A DNA stretch of 32,827 nucleotides from Desulfomonilia bacterium (GCA_050014195.1 JBEKDT010000025.1:1-32827); one strand, 5' to 3'. Positions 8,803 through 18,145 are shown, numbered from the stretch's first letter. Program-made: numbers and translations. The notes: a model not told the origin generated them from the letters alone.

Positions 8803-10377
8803 ATGTATAGAGAACATTTCAGTCTCAAGCTGAAGCCATTCTCCATCACCCCTGACCCGAAATTTCTCTATATGAGCCCGGGCCACAAGGAGGCCCTTGC
8901 ACATCTGCTGTATGGACTGAAGGAAGGGAGCGGTTTTGTTGTGATTACCGGTGAAGTCGGAACCGGCAAGACCACCATCTTGAATGCATTTCTGCTCAAG
9001 CTCCCTCTACGCATACCAAAGGTTGTGATCAAGAACCCCCACATCAAACCCGACAATCTCTACTACCTCCTGGGTGAAGCCATCGGCATGCCGGAAGAGA
9101 AGCGCTCCCGTAACTATATCAACGAGTTCGAGGACATGCTCAAGACCACCGGCGGGGCGATGCTCATTGTCGATGAGGCCCAGGGGCTCTCTTTAGAGAT
9201 GCTCGAAGAGATTAGGCTGCTCTCTAATCTTGAGACCGTTCACGAAAAGCTTGTGCAGATCATGCTGATCGGTCAGCAGGAACTCAATGATAAACTGAAT
9301 AGTGTCCAGCTCAGGCAGCTCAAGCAGAGGATAGGTGTAAAATACCACATCCCGCCGTTGGACAGCAACGAGGCGAAAGACTACATAGACCATAGACTCA
9401 GGGTTGCAGGGTATGAGCCCAGGGAAGAGCCGCTGTTTACCTCTTCCGCCTTGGGGGAGATATACCGGTTCACCAGGGGTTTCCCGCGGCTCATTAATAT
9501 CGTCTGCGACAATGTGTTGCTGGCTGCTTACAGCGATGATTTTAACCAGGTGAATGCCAATCTAGTTAAAAAGATCGTAGGAGGCATGGAAAAGACCTAT
9601 GTGAAGCATGTGCCCCAGACTCCTGTCCATCAATTGCCCAGGGGAAAGGGGCTACAAAAATTCTTGGTCGGGGCCGCATCGATGGCTGTTATTGCTATTC
9701 TTGCTGTAGTACTGTTCTTAGTGTTGCTCTCTCCGCAAGGTCAAAGCCTCATGGACAGATCCAAGGCCCTGTTAGGGATAACACATAAATCATTATCCTC
9801 ATTTGATATAACTCAACAGACCTCAACCCCGCTTCAAAAACAAGCTCCCGAAGGTGCGATATCAAAGGGTTTGCCGCGGGTAACCATACAGGACCAGTCA
9901 GGTGATGCCCAAGCTGTTCCTCCGGGCATAGGGGATCAGAAAAAGGCTATGGGTATTACCGTGGTAGTCGGCCCCGGAGATACAGTCGCCAAACTGGCTG
10001 CAAAGCATTATGGAAGGATCGATTCCGTTATCTTGGATATCGTCCGAAAGGCTAATAGCAATCTGGGAAACATCGACCTGATCTATGAGGGGCAGAAGAT
10101 CCATCTGCCACCCTTGACAGACACTACGAGAGTCATGTTCACGATAAGCGTGGCATCTTACCATTCCATCAACGAGGCCACGGCTGTGTTCCTCGATCTG
10201 GTGAAGAAAGGTTTTCAGGCAACAATCTATCCTCACCTGGATTCCCAGGGGAACACCTGGTACCGGGTCACCATCGGCACATTTAAGACCCAGGACAAAG
10301 CGGAAGAATCTACTCGGAAGCTCAAGGATCAAGGGTTTCTCTATGCGAAAACAGTCAAGGTGAGTGTGGAGGGATAA
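8803..10377 (+). CDS. ExeA/GspA-like AAA ATPase with TM helix, LysM and SPOR domains
   Basis: MYxxHFxLxxxPFSITPDP ExeA start; Walker A GEVGTGKT, Walker B LIVDEAQ, GFPRLIN; TM segment; LysM (VVVGPGDTVAKLA..N..LIYEGQKIHLP, about 9958-10110); SPOR (TISVASY..WYRVTIGTF, about 10138-10374). Confidence 0.88.
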   Translation: MYREHFSLKLKPFSITPDPKFLYMSPGHKEALAHLLYGLKEGSGFVVITGEVGTGKTTILNAFLLKLPLRIPKVVIKNPHIKPDNLYYLLGEAIGMPEEKRSRNYINEFEDMLKTTGGAMLIVDEAQGLSLEMLEEIRLLSNLETVHEKLVQIMLIGQQELNDKLNSVQLRQLKQRIGVKYHIPPLDSNEAKDYIDHRLRVAGYEPREEPLFTSSALGEIYRFTRGFPRLINIVCDNVLLAAYSDDFNQVNANLVKKIVGGMEKTYVKHVPQTPVHQLPRGKGLQKFLVGAASMAVIAILAVVLFLVLLSPQGQSLMDRSKALLGITHKSLSSFDITQQTSTPLQKQAPEGAISKGLPRVTIQDQSGDAQAVPPGIGDQKKAMGITVVVGPGDTVAKLAAKHYGRIDSVILDIVRKANSNLGNIDLIYEGQKIHLPPLTDTTRVMFTISVASYHSINEATAVFLDLVKKGFQATIYPHLDSQGNTWYRVTIGTFKTQDKAEESTRKLKDQGFLYAKTVKVSVEG

Positions 10378-11145
10378 ATGGCGCACATCTTAAAGGCATT
10401 GGAAAAACAGGATCAGAAATTCGTTAAGGAGAGCGGCACCTCGGGCCCGCTCGATGATCATCTCTACATGTACAATATGCCCTATTCTTATACGGCAGAG
10501 CAGATCAGGAAGCTCAGGACCTTTATCTTCCATCTGGCCGACAGGCCTGTGCCGAGGGTGATCATGGTTACCAGCGCCTTACCCGGTGAAGGTAAAACTC
10601 TTATTTCATCAAATCTTGCCATTGCAATTGCCAAGGGGGAAGACCAGCAGGTCCTGCTCGTGGACTGCGACCTGAGGAAACCATCACTGCATGAACTTTT
10701 TAAATATCCCCTCTCCAAGGGCGTGGGCGACATTATTCAGGGCAGGGCTGATGTGTCTGAGTGTCTCATTAAAACCTCCATTGAGAAACTCACCATCCTG
10801 CCGGCGGCAAAAGAACTGCCTGCAAACCCTTCGGAACTGCTCGAATCGAAAAAGACCGGGGCCCTTATTAAAGAGCTTGCAGACCGCGACGGTGACTGGT
10901 TCGTTATCATTGACACACCACCCATACAAGCTACGGTGGACCCGAGAATCCTGGCTGATGTGGTGGATGGGATCATCATAGTGGTGAGGTACCGGTACGC
11001 CAGGGAGTCGGAATTTAAGATGGCCCTCGAGGCCCTGCCGAAAGATAAGATCATAGGCACGGTATTAAACGCCGTTGATGAACTGCCTGTGAAGAAGTAT
11101 AAGTATAACAAGTACAAGAACTACAATAATTATTACAACAGGTAA
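10378..11145 (+). CDS. Bacterial tyrosine kinase (BY-kinase, CpsD/CapB family)
   Basis: TSALPGEGKT Walker A, VDCDLRKP Walker A', IIDTPP Walker B, and a C-terminal Tyr cluster KKYKYNKYKNYNNYYNR. Confidence 0.93.
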   Translation: MAHILKALEKQDQKFVKESGTSGPLDDHLYMYNMPYSYTAEQIRKLRTFIFHLADRPVPRVIMVTSALPGEGKTLISSNLAIAIAKGEDQQVLLVDCDLRKPSLHELFKYPLSKGVGDIIQGRADVSECLIKTSIEKLTILPAAKELPANPSELLESKKTGALIKELADRDGDWFVIIDTPPIQATVDPRILADVVDGIIIVVRYRYARESEFKMALEALPKDKIIGTVLNAVDELPVKKYKYNKYKNYNNYYNR

Positions 11146-11170
11146 CTTTTGTTGGTACCCTTATCCAGTG

Positions 11171-11200
11171 TTGTGGCAGCTCAAGGGTATATGGTAGACT
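11171..11200 (+). promoter_or_regulatory. Putative extended -10 promoter of comF (leaderless geometry)
   Basis: TTGTGG (11171-11176) and TG-G-TAGACT (11192-11200) ending 6 nt before ATG 11207; no Shine-Dalgarno. Confidence 0.5.
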
Positions 11201-11206
11201 CCTTGA

Positions 11207-11893
11207 ATGCTGAAAGGCATCTTATTCCACCTCTTCCCGCCCCGATGCCTTGTCTGTGGTGGTAATGAGCCGAACGTTCGACTCGGGGTATGTACCATGT
11301 GCACCGGTCAAATCAGACCTGTACCTAAGCCTATCTGCACTGTTTGCGGCAGCCCGACAGGTACGGAAGGGGTGTGCCTCCTGTGCCAGACTGATCCTCC
11401 GCCCTTTGACAGGATGATGAGTGCTTTCAATTTTGAAGGACCCATCAAGGACATAATCCATTCCTTCAAATATACCGACGCCACCTATCATAAAAAATAT
11501 CTGGCACAGGTCCTGTTTGATATGATGAAAGCTGAAGACCTGCAATGTGACCTGATCACCTTTGTTCCTATGCATTGGACAAGGATGATTGCGCGCGGTT
11601 ACAACCAGGCGGCCCTCATTGCAAAAGAACTCGCAGGCCTTCTTAAGGTTAGGGTCAGCTATAATGCCCTGAAGAAGACGCGTGGCACACCCCCGCAGGT
11701 TGGACTGCGCAAGCAAGAGCGCAAGAAGAATATCAGGGGTGTCTTCCATGCATCCGGGGTTCAAGGCAAGACGGTCCTGGTAGTTGATGATGTAGTGACG
11801 ACAGGGCAGACCGCTTCTGAGGTCTCAAAGGCCCTCAAGAAGGCGGGCGCGAGCTATGTGCTCTTTCTAAGCGTTGGGAGGATCATGCAATGA
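11207..11893 (+). CDS. comF: ComF family protein (double zinc ribbon + phosphoribosyltransferase-like domain)
   Basis: Four CxxC motifs, RGYNQA, and PRPP-binding loop VLVVDDVVTTGQT. Confidence 0.9.
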   Translation: MLKGILFHLFPPRCLVCGGNEPNVRLGVCTMCTGQIRPVPKPICTVCGSPTGTEGVCLLCQTDPPPFDRMMSAFNFEGPIKDIIHSFKYTDATYHKKYLAQVLFDMMKAEDLQCDLITFVPMHWTRMIARGYNQAALIAKELAGLLKVRVSYNALKKTRGTPPQVGLRKQERKKNIRGVFHASGVQGKTVLVVDDVVTTGQTASEVSKALKKAGASYVLFLSVGRIMQ

Positions 11894-12792
11894 GCCCCTT
11901 AAGGCAACCGGGCAAGAAGGACCCCAGGTATCTGGAGGACATCACTTATTCTGTTGCGACACAACCTTTAAATCTTGATGATCCCTTCTCGTCCAACCTC
12001 TTCATGGGCAGATATGATGATAAAGAGCTTATGGCGATGCTCGACCGTGTGGGTATTATCGGCATCCTCCACAAGAGGGGATACCGAAACCTTGTAGTGA
12101 GCATCATACGGCAGGATGACTATACATCAAGGCTCTATGTGAATTTCGACTCGCAGGAGAAAGATACGCGGCTCATCGAGCTTATCGTGCGCGAGGGCAT
12201 ATTCAGACCAAGGGAGGTCTTCGTTGACTCCTATGATTTTTCGGAAGGCCTCTCCATGCTCCTCATAGAATGGGTCGCCCTGCAGGATCCTAAGGCCCGG
12301 TTCAGCCCTGACAAGCCAAGGTTGCCCGGCCAGCAGTACCCTGGAATCGGGGGGCTCAAGAATATGCAGGAATTTCTCTATCATCTCGGCAAATCATCCG
12401 GTAAGGATGCTATCGTAGACGTCCCTGAATATTTCCATTCTGCTGCCATCTATTCCCGGTTGTACACCGAGATCTATGACCGTATGTATGCCTTCTTCTC
12501 CCCTGTTGAAGCCGGGATTATGCAGGCAATGCTCAGAGACCTCACCGGCAGGCCTCTGGCAGACATCTCTTTTGCCGTGGCCTTTGACTGCCTATGTGAC
12601 GCACACACCTTAGAGCGGGTCAAGTGGAGGACATCCGAACAGATCTACCCCATCTCCAAGAAGCTCCAGCGCTATGTTGAAGATAAGGAGTATAAGAGAA
12701 TCGTCATGAAGACTTTTGAAGAGCATGCCTTTGCCATGGATTGGGAGAGGTTCGAACAGTTGAAGGCCCACGGGTTGATTGATGAGGTATAG
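11890..12792 (+). CDS. Hypothetical protein, possible GNAT-like fold
   Basis: 300-aa ORF overlapping both neighbours, host-like codon usage; [10 protein letters not shown] contains a QxxGxG motif. Confidence 0.7.
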   Translation: MSPLRQPGKKDPRYLEDITYSVATQPLNLDDPFSSNLFMGRYDDKELMAMLDRVGIIGILHKRGYRNLVVSIIRQDDYTSRLYVNFDSQEKDTRLIELIVREGIFRPREVFVDSYDFSEGLSMLLIEWVALQDPKARFSPDKPRLPGQQYPGIGGLKNMQEFLYHLGKSSGKDAIVDVPEYFHSAAIYSRLYTEIYDRMYAFFSPVEAGIMQAMLRDLTGRPLADISFAVAFDCLCDAHTLERVKWRTSEQIYPISKKLQRYVEDKEYKRIVMKTFEEHAFAMDWERFEQLKAHGLIDEV

Positions 12793-14056
12793 ATTCGGCG
12801 TCATCGGCCTTGGAAGGGTGGGGGGGGCCATGCTCACACTCCTCAAAGAAGCCGGCCATGTGCCGGTGTGGGCCGTATCCTCCAAAGCCCGTCATCAAGG
12901 CGTTCCTGTTCATACGAAGATCCCCGGCTCTCCGGAAGAGGTCCAGGTTGTTTTCATCGCAGTACCCGACAGTCACATCCGTAAGTTGGCCGAGCAGATC
13001 AAGGCAGCATGGGGGCAGTCATGCCAAGGGATTGCCTTCTTCCACTTCAGCGGACTTTTGACCTCGGATGAGCTTGCAGCCCTCTTACAGGCAGGGGCAC
13101 AGACCGGCAGTCTCCACCCCCTCCAGTCCATTACCGATGCCGCCCAGGCCAGGAAGATCCTGAAAGGGAGCCTCTTCACCTTCGAGGGCACGCAGGAAGC
13201 CTTGAAGACCGCCCAAGACATCGTTGATTCTATCGGCGCAGTCATGAGGGTAATCTCCAGTGAGCAAAAAGTGCTCTATCACACCGCTGCCGTTGTGGCA
13301 TCGAATTATCTTGTGGCGCTCATGGACCAGGCGTCCCAGATCATATCATCCGTGGGTATGGAGCTTGAGCACCTTATGCCTTTGGTGAAGGGCACGCTGT
13401 CAAACATCCGGAAGTATGGCACAGAAGCCTTGACCGGACCGATTGCCCGAGGTGATTGGGCCACGGTGCAGGCCCACATTACTGCCCTTGAAGATACATT
13501 TCCTGACCTTGTATCCTCCTACCGTGAACTCGGACGCTACACCGCCCGCATGGCATGGCAGCACTTCCCTGAAGATCTCCTCGATAAGGCCAAGCTCAAG
13601 GGTCTCGATGAACTTTGCAATACCTTGATCACAAAACGTACCCGGGGCATGAAGGTGATCTTCACCAACGGCTGTTTTGACATTATCCATGCAGGCCATG
13701 TCACCTACCTGGCCAAGGCTAGGGTATCTGGTGATTCCCTCGTGGTGGGGCTCAACTCCGATTCATCGGTGAGGAGGATTAAAGGGGAGGGACGGCCGGT
13801 CAACAATGAGGTCGCACGCGCAACCGTACTCTGCGCGCTCGAATGCGTGGATCATGTGGTCATCTTCGAAGAGGATACGCCGTACGGGCTTATCGAGCGC
13901 ATAAGGCCGGATGTGCTGGTCAAGGGCGGCGACTGGGATGTAGACACAATCGTTGGGGCGGATATTGTCAGGTCTTCGGGAGGCCGTGTGCTCACCATCC
14001 CTTTTGAAGACGGCTACTCCACGACCTCCATAATCGATAGGATAAGACAGGAGTAA
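12779..14056 (+). CDS. Fusion: Rossmann-like/DUF2520 (PanG-like reductase) + RfaE domain II/HldC-type heptose-1-phosphate adenylyltransferase
   Basis: N-terminal [45 protein letters not shown] (DUF2520); C-terminal [34 protein letters not shown] (RfaE II). One open frame. Confidence 0.88.
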   Translation: MMRYRFGVIGLGRVGGAMLTLLKEAGHVPVWAVSSKARHQGVPVHTKIPGSPEEVQVVFIAVPDSHIRKLAEQIKAAWGQSCQGIAFFHFSGLLTSDELAALLQAGAQTGSLHPLQSITDAAQARKILKGSLFTFEGTQEALKTAQDIVDSIGAVMRVISSEQKVLYHTAAVVASNYLVALMDQASQIISSVGMELEHLMPLVKGTLSNIRKYGTEALTGPIARGDWATVQAHITALEDTFPDLVSSYRELGRYTARMAWQHFPEDLLDKAKLKGLDELCNTLITKRTRGMKVIFTNGCFDIIHAGHVTYLAKARVSGDSLVVGLNSDSSVRRIKGEGRPVNNEVARATVLCALECVDHVVIFEEDTPYGLIERIRPDVLVKGGDWDVDTIVGADIVRSSGGRVLTIPFEDGYSTTSIIDRIRQE

Positions 14057-14183
14057 TGCTTAATGAATATCCGAATTCTCAACGAATGTATGGGAATATT
14101 GAAGGTGTTCAAGGAGGATGTGTGCAGGACAGGAGGCGATGTTGTCATTGCCATTGAGAATATGGTCTGTTATAGCTCTAAGG

Positions 14184-15104
14184 ATGGAAAGCGACTTTGA
14201 GAGACACCTTAAGGAGATCCTGGACAGCTCATCGTCGTATACCTCTCAGATCGGACAATATATCCTGGATTCCGGAGGAAAACGTCTACGGCCGAGGATC
14301 GTCGGGCTGGTGGCAAGTGCCATCGGCCTGCCGCCTTCCACCTTTATGCCTTTTGCCTATACCGTTGAGCTTATGCACACGGCAAGCCTTCTCCACGACG
14401 ATGTTGTGGACGGCACAGAGATAAGGCGCTCCAGATCCACGGCAAATCAGGTCTTCGGCGACAAGCCGGCCCTTCTCGCGGGCGATTTCATCTCGGCATC
14501 AGCCATGGAGACCATGTGTACACTGGGAGACATACGCCTTGCCCTGAGCGTGGTACGGACCATAAAAAAGATGGCTGAAGGCGAGCTTAAGGAGCTTGAG
14601 CATTCACATTCTTTTCATGACAGCATGGAAGTGTACCTTCAGATTATCTATCTCAAGACCGCATCCCTCTTTGAACTCTGCAGCCTTGGCCCCGGCATTA
14701 TTGCGGGTCTTTCAGAGAAGACTCTGGATGCGCTTGCTTCTTTCGGCAGGTTTATCGGCATGGGGTTCCAGATCGTGGATGATATCATCAATGTAAGCCC
14801 GGATGAAAGCGATAATAAAGACGCCTTTAACGACATACTGGAGGGTAAATCAACGCTCCCCCTGGTCATCCTGTTCAAGCAGCGGCCTGAAGTGCTCAGG
14901 GAGATAGCTTTACTACCGGGCCCTGAGGAGAAAAAGGGGTATATCGTATCCGAGCTGGGTACGGACATCTTGTGCAGAAGCAGGACAATTGCGCAGGAAT
15001 ATCTCGATAAATCACTGCAAATCCTGAAAGAGTCAGGCTACCTCACCGATGAGCTTTCGGATATTCCTCATCAGATTATCGCCCAGGTGAAGGCCCGCTT
15101 CTAG
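14184..15104 (+). CDS. Polyprenyl diphosphate synthase (IspB/HepT-like)
   Basis: GGKRLRP, first Asp-rich motif LLHDDVVD..RR, KTA, second motif FQIVDDI, EGKSTLP. Start uncertain (14118, 14139 or 14184). Confidence 0.92.
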   Translation: MESDFERHLKEILDSSSSYTSQIGQYILDSGGKRLRPRIVGLVASAIGLPPSTFMPFAYTVELMHTASLLHDDVVDGTEIRRSRSTANQVFGDKPALLAGDFISASAMETMCTLGDIRLALSVVRTIKKMAEGELKELEHSHSFHDSMEVYLQIIYLKTASLFELCSLGPGIIAGLSEKTLDALASFGRFIGMGFQIVDDIINVSPDESDNKDAFNDILEGKSTLPLVILFKQRPEVLREIALLPGPEEKKGYIVSELGTDILCRSRTIAQEYLDKSLQILKESGYLTDELSDIPHQIIAQVKARF

Positions 15105-15208
15105 GGAAAGATCATTGTTGTGTTACCTTTTCTTTGTTCCTGAAATCTATTGATTTTTTGCTCCATAATCCCTACCTTAAGATCCATAAGCTTTTTAGGG
15201 GTATATTG

Positions 15209-16159
15209 TTGGAATATAAAGATTACTACAAGATCCTCGGCATAGAGCGTAATGCGAGCCAGGAAGAGATTAAAAAGAAATATCGCAAACTCGCACGGAC
15301 CTGTCATCCCGACATGTGTAAAAATGATCCTACGGCAGAGAAGCGCTTCAAGGAGATCAACGAGGCCAATGAGGTCTTAGGAGACCCTGAGAAACGCCAG
15401 CGTTATGATGCCCTGGGAAACAACTGGCAGGAAGGCCAGTCCTTCAGGCCGCCTCCGGGTTTCGAAAACGTCTTCTCAGAGGACATGTTCTCTCCGAAAG
15501 GAGGCCGCACCGGAGGGAGGTCGTTCAGTTTCGAGTTCGGCCCTGGAGCCCGTGGCGGTGCGGGAAGAGGTGCATTCTCCGACTTTTTCGAGTCTCTCTT
15601 CGGCGACTCAGGGTTAGACCGGCAGTTCGAGCAGCATTCCCCTTCTCCAAAGGGGAGCGACCTGGAGTCGGAGATAACCATCTCGCTGCAGGATGCCCAC
15701 AGGGGCGGCTCCAAGGAGATACTTTTGCAGGGGCCCGGCGGAGAAAAACGGCTGAATGTGAAAATACCCGAGAACGCCTATGACGGCATGAAGATCCGCC
15801 TGGCCGGTCAGGGCAACAGGGGACTTGGCGGATCGGGAGACCTGTATCTTAAGATCAAGGTTAATCTTGACCCCAGGTACAAACTGGAAGGTTCCGATAT
15901 CGTCGTTGACATACCCGTGACTCCCTGGGATGCTGCCCTGGGGACCACCATCGAGGTGGAAACCCTGGATGGGAAACTCAGCCTTAAGATACCCCCGGCC
16001 GTGTCTTCGGGCCAGCGGTTGAGGATCAAGGGCAAGGGCCTGGCCCATAAGGGAGACCTATTTGCGCAAATCAGGATCGTCACACCCAAGCGCCTGAGCA
16101 GCGAGGAGAAAAGACTCTTCGCCGAGCTTAAAAAGGTCTCATCCTTCAAGGCAGAGTAA
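15209..16159 (+). CDS. Class II J-domain protein (CbpA/DnaJ-like, no zinc finger)
   Basis: TTG start after AGGGG gives MEYKDYYKILG; HPD motif; G/F-rich region; DnaJ C-terminal domains (IRLAGQG, GDLY); no CxxCxGxG repeats. Confidence 0.92.
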   Translation: MEYKDYYKILGIERNASQEEIKKKYRKLARTCHPDMCKNDPTAEKRFKEINEANEVLGDPEKRQRYDALGNNWQEGQSFRPPPGFENVFSEDMFSPKGGRTGGRSFSFEFGPGARGGAGRGAFSDFFESLFGDSGLDRQFEQHSPSPKGSDLESEITISLQDAHRGGSKEILLQGPGGEKRLNVKIPENAYDGMKIRLAGQGNRGLGGSGDLYLKIKVNLDPRYKLEGSDIVVDIPVTPWDAALGTTIEVETLDGKLSLKIPPAVSSGQRLRIKGKGLAHKGDLFAQIRIVTPKRLSSEEKRLFAELKKVSSFKAE

Positions 16160-16224
16160 AAATGAGGGTTCTTCTCTCTGAAGCATACTTTTATAGTTTG
16201 CATCCTTTTCAGAGCCCATTGTTC

Positions 16225-16417
16225 TCACCACGAAGAGCCTAGCGCAGCATAGCCGCAACCAAAATGAGCTTGGGATCTGAGCAGACATGGAAGTCCTTCA
16301 CCACGAAGAGCACGAAGGACACGAAGAAAGGAAACCTTTTAAAATAGTGGACCGGTTCAAAGAACCCCGATTGTCTGTTCTGCATTTCTTAGATCTTCTT
16401 CGTGCTCTTCGTGGTGA
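16225..16417. repeat. Nonamer (CACGAAGRR) inverted-repeat element with a duplicated left arm
   Basis: Perfect 20-bp inverted repeat TCACCACGAAGAGCACGAAG at 16298-16317 and 16398-16417; extra TCACCACGAAGAGC at 16225-16238 followed by CTAGCGCAGCATAGCCGCAACCAAAA. Confidence 0.85.
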
Positions 16418-16487
16418 TATATCCCTTTTGTGTGCTTTTTAATGATCCGAGTATGCTTTACTGTGATGAACCCAAAAGAGCCGGTAC

Positions 16488-16509
16488 GGCCGCCTGAAGC
16501 GGCTCCTCA
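16488..16509 (-). repeat. Degenerate REP-like unit downstream of comEA
   Basis: Minus strand reads TGAGGAGCCGCTTCAGGCGGCC, resembling GTAGGAGCGCCTTCAGGCGCGA at 29269-29290. Confidence 0.55.
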
Positions 16510-16520
16510 AAAACTCCGAA

Positions 16521-16880
16521 TTATTCTTTCTTGAGTGTCATTGGTCGGTCTTTGATGCGATTTTCTTTTGCCGGCCCCTGAGTCTGAGAAGGTATATAGG
16601 TGTTTAGACCTTTCAGGACGAGATATGGCCGAATCTTATCAATCCTTTTCTTGCTGATGCCTTTGATCCTTGTCATATCATCGAGTGACTTGAACTGACC
16701 GTTTGCCAGCCGGTACGTCACAATGGCCGCTGCAGTCTTTTCTCCAATACCGGGCAGCATCATGAGCTCCTCTTTGGTTGCCGTATTTATGTTGATAACG
16801 CCTTGAGCGCAGTACAAGGGGATGTTCAGCGTAAACAGGGACAAGACGACACACCACACAACCCATCTGACCTTTACCAT
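16521..16880 (-). CDS. comEA: ComEA-family helix-hairpin-helix DNA-binding protein
   Basis: Signal peptide then ININTATKEELMMLPGIGEKTAAAIVTYR..GQFKSLDDMTRIKGI; GGAAGGA Shine-Dalgarno before ATG 16880. Confidence 0.88.
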   Translation of the reverse strand: MVKVRWVVWCVVLSLFTLNIPLYCAQGVININTATKEELMMLPGIGEKTAAAIVTYRLANGQFKSLDDMTRIKGISKKRIDKIRPYLVLKGLNTYIPSQTQGPAKENRIKDRPMTLKKE

Positions 16881-17076
16881 GGAAACATCCTTCCATAACA
16901 AAATTAAAGGAACATAATAGGGTTGAGCGCAGACAAGTCAAGGCATGCGAAAGGAAAACTTGAAAAGCCAAGAATAACAATATGGTAGATAAATTACAAA
17001 AATTACCTTCATTAATCTTTTCAATCTCGATAGCCGAATAGTGAAAATAGTATCTGTTACCATAAGGGAGATATCC

Positions 17077-18129
17077 ATGAATAGAACACTGTTGAACTTA
17101 CTCGCCAATGCACTCATATTCTCCATGATCCTTGCAGGGTGCGGTGGTGGTGGAGGCGGTGGTGGCAGCTCGGACAATAGTGGTAACGGCAGTGGGTCGA
17201 GCGGGACAGCACTGAGCCTGTTCACTGATAAGGTGAATGCATGCACCCCAAACATCAATGGAGGCAATTCAGCCGGGGCAACAACCAATTTGGATACCTG
17301 GCCTGCGTGGAATCCCGACTTAAGCGGAACAGTCCTGGGCAAACTCTTTGATCCGGCGAACGGCAAGCATGAATGCATATACAGCCAGGTCCAAATACTC
17401 GATTCTCATATCCAGCTGGTAAACCAGTTCTCGGATAAGTGGCTTACTTCGGGTGTATATACCCAAGGCAGCAGCACTGCTACGGTCGATACAACCGTCT
17501 CAACAGTAACTATCCCCTTTCTCGCCTTAAACTTAGGTACACTGGACCCCATGGACAGGCTTGTCACCCTGAGCGTGCCGGATCAAAATCTTACGATTCA
17601 CATGGCCTTTTCACAAAATGGAAGCAATCAGACCATTGTGGAACAGTACACGATCGGGACAACTGAATCGGGTGTATTCCTCGCGCGTGTAATAGGAAAT
17701 GATGTTGAGATATGGTGTGCAAGCATTACTGAAAGTACTGCGAGCAAGGTCCAGATCATGTGGGAGGGGAACACTGCTGAAAAATCCTTCAGCATAAGTG
17801 AGTGTACAAATGCATCATCAACACCAGATTCCAACTGGGAGGTCATGGGTGGCGGGGGCATCGCATCATCCACGAGCGAGATGGCCTTTATGGCGCGCAA
17901 TGATCAGAACGATAATTCATCGGATTTTGGTACATACTATATCACCCCTACATTGAATGATCTAGAGAACGGTACCTTGCAGCCGATAATCAATTTCCTT
18001 GCACAAGCACCCGATCCGAATACAGACAGTGTAGAAGCATATATTACAGAAGGGAATGCCAGCTGTATCGGGTTCCTGGGCCGTGATCAATATCCGAATG
18101 CAATAAGCGATCTCGCCTGGAGCCAATAA
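17077..18129 (+). CDS. Hypothetical lipoprotein with Gly/Ser linker
   Basis: GGGAG then ATG 17077; lipobox LAGC followed by GGGGGGGGSSDNSGNGSGSSG; acidic, Thr/Ser/Asn-rich body. Confidence 0.8.
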   Translation: MNRTLLNLLANALIFSMILAGCGGGGGGGGSSDNSGNGSGSSGTALSLFTDKVNACTPNINGGNSAGATTNLDTWPAWNPDLSGTVLGKLFDPANGKHECIYSQVQILDSHIQLVNQFSDKWLTSGVYTQGSSTATVDTTVSTVTIPFLALNLGTLDPMDRLVTLSVPDQNLTIHMAFSQNGSNQTIVEQYTIGTTESGVFLARVIGNDVEIWCASITESTASKVQIMWEGNTAEKSFSISECTNASSTPDSNWEVMGGGGIASSTSEMAFMARNDQNDNSSDFGTYYITPTLNDLENGTLQPIINFLAQAPDPNTDSVEAYITEGNASCIGFLGRDQYPNAISDLAWSQ

Positions 18130-18145
18130 TCGGATCTGTTTCTTA

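Noticed and set aside
8803-10377. Calling the locus a type II secretion system or a full PEP-CTERM/exosortase system
   Set aside because: No secretin, GspE/F, pseudopilins, exosortase or PEP-CTERM protein in the window.
11092-11142. Low-complexity AAGTAY/AAYTAY run
   Set aside because: It encodes the normal BY-kinase autophosphorylation Tyr cluster.
14056-14200. Small ORFs (33 and 45 aa) between the fusion gene and the polyprenyl synthase
   Set aside because: No convincing Shine-Dalgarno or motif; the region is better explained as a promoter.
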